From the NCBI GenBank assembly GCA_029210695.1, contig JARGFH010000009.1, forward strand, positions 62,001 through 90,828: DNA of 28,828 nucleotides, in the 5' to 3' direction. The position numbers and the translations under genes were made by a program. Source of the stretch: Acidimicrobiia bacterium. Its GTDB lineage: Bacteria; Actinomycetota; Acidimicrobiia; Spongiisociales; JAHEDJ01. Shown one piece after another: positions 27,284-28,828 of the stretch. The notes under the pieces are model-generated. The model searched no databases and was not told the origin of the DNA. It saw only the letters and a program-made list of their open reading frames with translations. How positions within the stretch are numbered: the stretch's first letter is position 1; each line of letters starts with the position of its first letter.

Positions 27284-27290
27284 CACTACC

Positions 27291-27583
27291 TCATCTGTCT
27301 ACACGTTGAACCTCCCCGGGCCGAGACGATCCGAGCCCGCCACACCCCATCGCCATAGGCGACACGGGCCTCAGGTCAACTGTCAACAGCACGTCTCCGG
27401 CAGCAACCTCGGCTCCCGGGGCAATGTCAATCGAGGTCACTACCCCCACCGACGACCCCACCCCCGCAGGGTCGAGATCCCACTCCGTTACCGCTGCGAA
27501 CGTCAGCGACCTTCCCCCCAACCAGCCCCCACCAGCCCAACCGCCAACACCAGCTGCCCGAACCAGCGCAGAGCACGGTTCAC
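27291..27583 (-). pseudogene. Remnant of a membrane-anchored efflux adaptor / peptidoglycan-binding-type protein
   Basis: GTG overlaps the LuxR gene stop (GTGA): MNRALRWFGQLVLAVGLVGAGWG, a frameshift in a G6 run, then GRSLTFAAVTEW...GVVTSIDIAPGAEVAAGDVLLTVDLRPV (lipoyl-like half motif). Similarity is lost near 27360. Confidence 0.55.
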
Positions 27584-27882
27584 TTTGGGTCGTCCGGCAT
27601 CTCGATGATCCCCAACCGGCCAGCCTCAAAGGCCGCGGCGTGGCGGGTCCCAACACCCAGCTTGACGTAGAGCGCCTGGACTCGCCGTTCGACCTGGCGT
27701 TTCGAGTAGCCAACTACCTTGGCGATCTCCCTGATCGTCTGGTCGGAGCAGAGCAACCTGAGAAGGGACTGCTCGAGCTCGTCAAGTTGGTTCCCTACAG
27801 CGGGAGACTCCGGCGACTTGTCGTCGGCATCCAACGAACCACCGCAGGTGTGCGCCGCGGTGCCGTTGTCAACGGAATCCAT
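27580..27882 (-). CDS. Stand-alone LuxR/GerE-type HTH regulator
   Basis: LDELEQSLLRLLCSDQTIREIAKVVGYSKRQVERRVQALYVKLGVGTRHAAAFEAGRLG; no receiver domain. Confidence 0.8.
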   Translation of the reverse strand: MDSVDNGTAAHTCGGSLDADDKSPESPAVGNQLDELEQSLLRLLCSDQTIREIAKVVGYSKRQVERRVQALYVKLGVGTRHAAAFEAGRLGIIEMPDDPK

Positions 27883-27985
27883 CCCCCCCTCATGTCGTCA
27901 CCCTGGTTCGACATCGACAGACCCTCCTAATCCGTTTCAGCCACCCCATCGTGAAAGAATGGTTGTTGGCGGCCTTGCCCGGGCT

Positions 27986-28005
27986 GTAGGGCCGAAAGTC
28001 CCAAA
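27986..28005. promoter_or_regulatory. DosR/NarL-type box-like imperfect palindrome
   Basis: Minus strand TTTGGGACTTTCGGCCCTAC compared with the mycobacterial DosR consensus TTSGGGACTWWAGTCCCSAA. Lies in the divergent intergenic region. Confidence 0.4.
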
Positions 28006-28183
28006 CAACCCACAGATACCAAAGATGACGGAATACCGACATGGATTCATTGGTACGTTGTGACCACCAGGAAAGCGAAGGGGGTGCGAAGACCAGGGAA
28101 CCTTCGAACCGAAGATCAGATGGCGCCGGCCCAATGCGCGAACACGAGGTCCGACGCCACCCAATCCAAGGAGAACACTACCC

Positions 28184-28237
28184 ATGAAACGAACAATCGT
28201 GATCCTGGCCGTCGTGGCCATGGTCGTCGGGTTACTG
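28184..28237 (+). pseudogene. 5' end of a secreted-protein gene interrupted by the IS21 element
   Basis: AAGGAG RBS then MKRTIVILAVVAMVVGLL, a Sec signal peptide that stops exactly at the IS end TGTCG. Confidence 0.65.
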
Positions 28238-28756
28238 TGTCGCCACCGGGTGAATACTGACCCTTTATCACCGCTCGAATTTTGACCCCCTCCTGGTCGG
28301 GTCCACCACTGATAGTGCTGGATGTTCGATCCTGGCTGGATTCCGGCCAGGAGGATTGGAGATTGTTGGACGTGGAGGATTGGGCTGAGATCCGTCGGCT
28401 GCATAGGGCTGAGGGTATGGGTGTGAAGGCGATCGCTCGGAGGTTGGGGGTGGCGAGGAACACGGTGCGGTCTGTGTTGCGTTCTGAGACACCACCGAAG
28501 TATGAGCGGACGCCGCAGGGTTCGATTGTGGATACGGTGGAACCTGAGATCCGGGTGTTGTTGAGGGATACGCCGGATATGCCGGCGACGGTGATCGCGG
28601 AGCGGATCGGATGGGCCAGGGGGATGACGGTGTTGCGGGATCGGATAGCCGAGTTGCGGCCGTTGTTTTTGCCGCCGGATCCTTCGCAGCGGACCTGGTA
28701 TCGGCCTGGGGAGCTGGCCCAGTGGGATCTGTGGCTGCCGGATGTGGAGATTGAGG
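28238..28756 (+). mobile_element. IS21-family insertion sequence, left part
   Basis: End begins TGT and carries two tandem sub-terminal repeats, CACCGGGTGAATACTGACCC and CACCGCTCGAATTTTGACCC, followed by istA. Confidence 0.85.
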
Positions 28757-28773
28757 TGTATCTGACTCTTTGA
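28363..28773 (+). pseudogene. istA: IS21 transposase IstA, truncated just after the first catalytic-Asp region
   Basis: MLDVEDWAEIRRLHRAEGMGVKAIARRLGVARNTVR...MPATVIAERIGW...PGELAQWDLW, then an abrupt YLTL-stop. Confidence 0.85.
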
Positions 28774-28828
28774 TATAGGTCGCCGGGTTCCTAACCCAAT
28801 TCATGGTCGGGTCCGGGGCGGGTTGTTT
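28757..28828. mobile_element. Probable end of a second IS nested in istA (family uncertain; IS481/IS3-like TGT terminus)
   Basis: The IstA-like sequence breaks at TGTATCTGACTCTTTGATATAGGTCGCC. Only 72 bp are visible before the window ends. Confidence 0.45.

Noticed and set aside
27937..28804. Minus-strand 155, 115 and 178 aa ORFs over the IS end
   Set aside because: They span the IS junction and intergenic DNA, with low-complexity translations and no motifs.
1..28828. CRISPR array, tRNA, rRNA
   Set aside because: No regularly spaced direct repeats or cloverleaf/rRNA-like segments were seen by eye. An Infernal/Rfam scan was not possible.

Overview
GC-rich bacterial chromosomal window, most likely from an Actinobacterium. 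The actinobacterial-type glnD/glnK/amtB, DUF222-HNH gene, Gram-positive SOS box and GlnR-like box point that way; this is inference, not a database result. Left to right: partial corA; a three-gene lipid-linked glycosylation module (GT-C-like membrane protein, GT2, small EamA/SMR-like flippase); a short ModE-like regulator with a palindromic operator and tupABC; a QEGLA/DUF1704 metallopeptidase; a tightly coupled minus-strand operon (Tat-exported PotD-like SBP, ABC ATPase, two permeases, frameshifted aminotransferase, amidase, nitrilase) preceded by a Zn-ADH; glnD facing amtB-glnK convergently; and an internally deleted ClC-CBS-TrkA_C gene. The right ~5 kb is accessory and partly decayed: a 2TM protein, an untracked small lipoprotein ORF, a DUF222-HNH (13E12-type) gene with an SOS box over its start codon, a 4-Cys repeat protein, an unusual RHH-like/coiled-coil/SEC-C protein, a solo LuxR HTH gene with an adaptor-protein remnant, and a secreted-protein gene cut by an IS21 element whose istA is itself cut by a probable second IS. 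No CRISPR array, tRNA or rRNA was seen. No single clearly new system is demonstrated. The best leads are the RHH-SEC-C protein, the DNA-damage-controlled HNH gene, the organic-nitrogen scavenging cluster and the sensorless ModE-tup unit.
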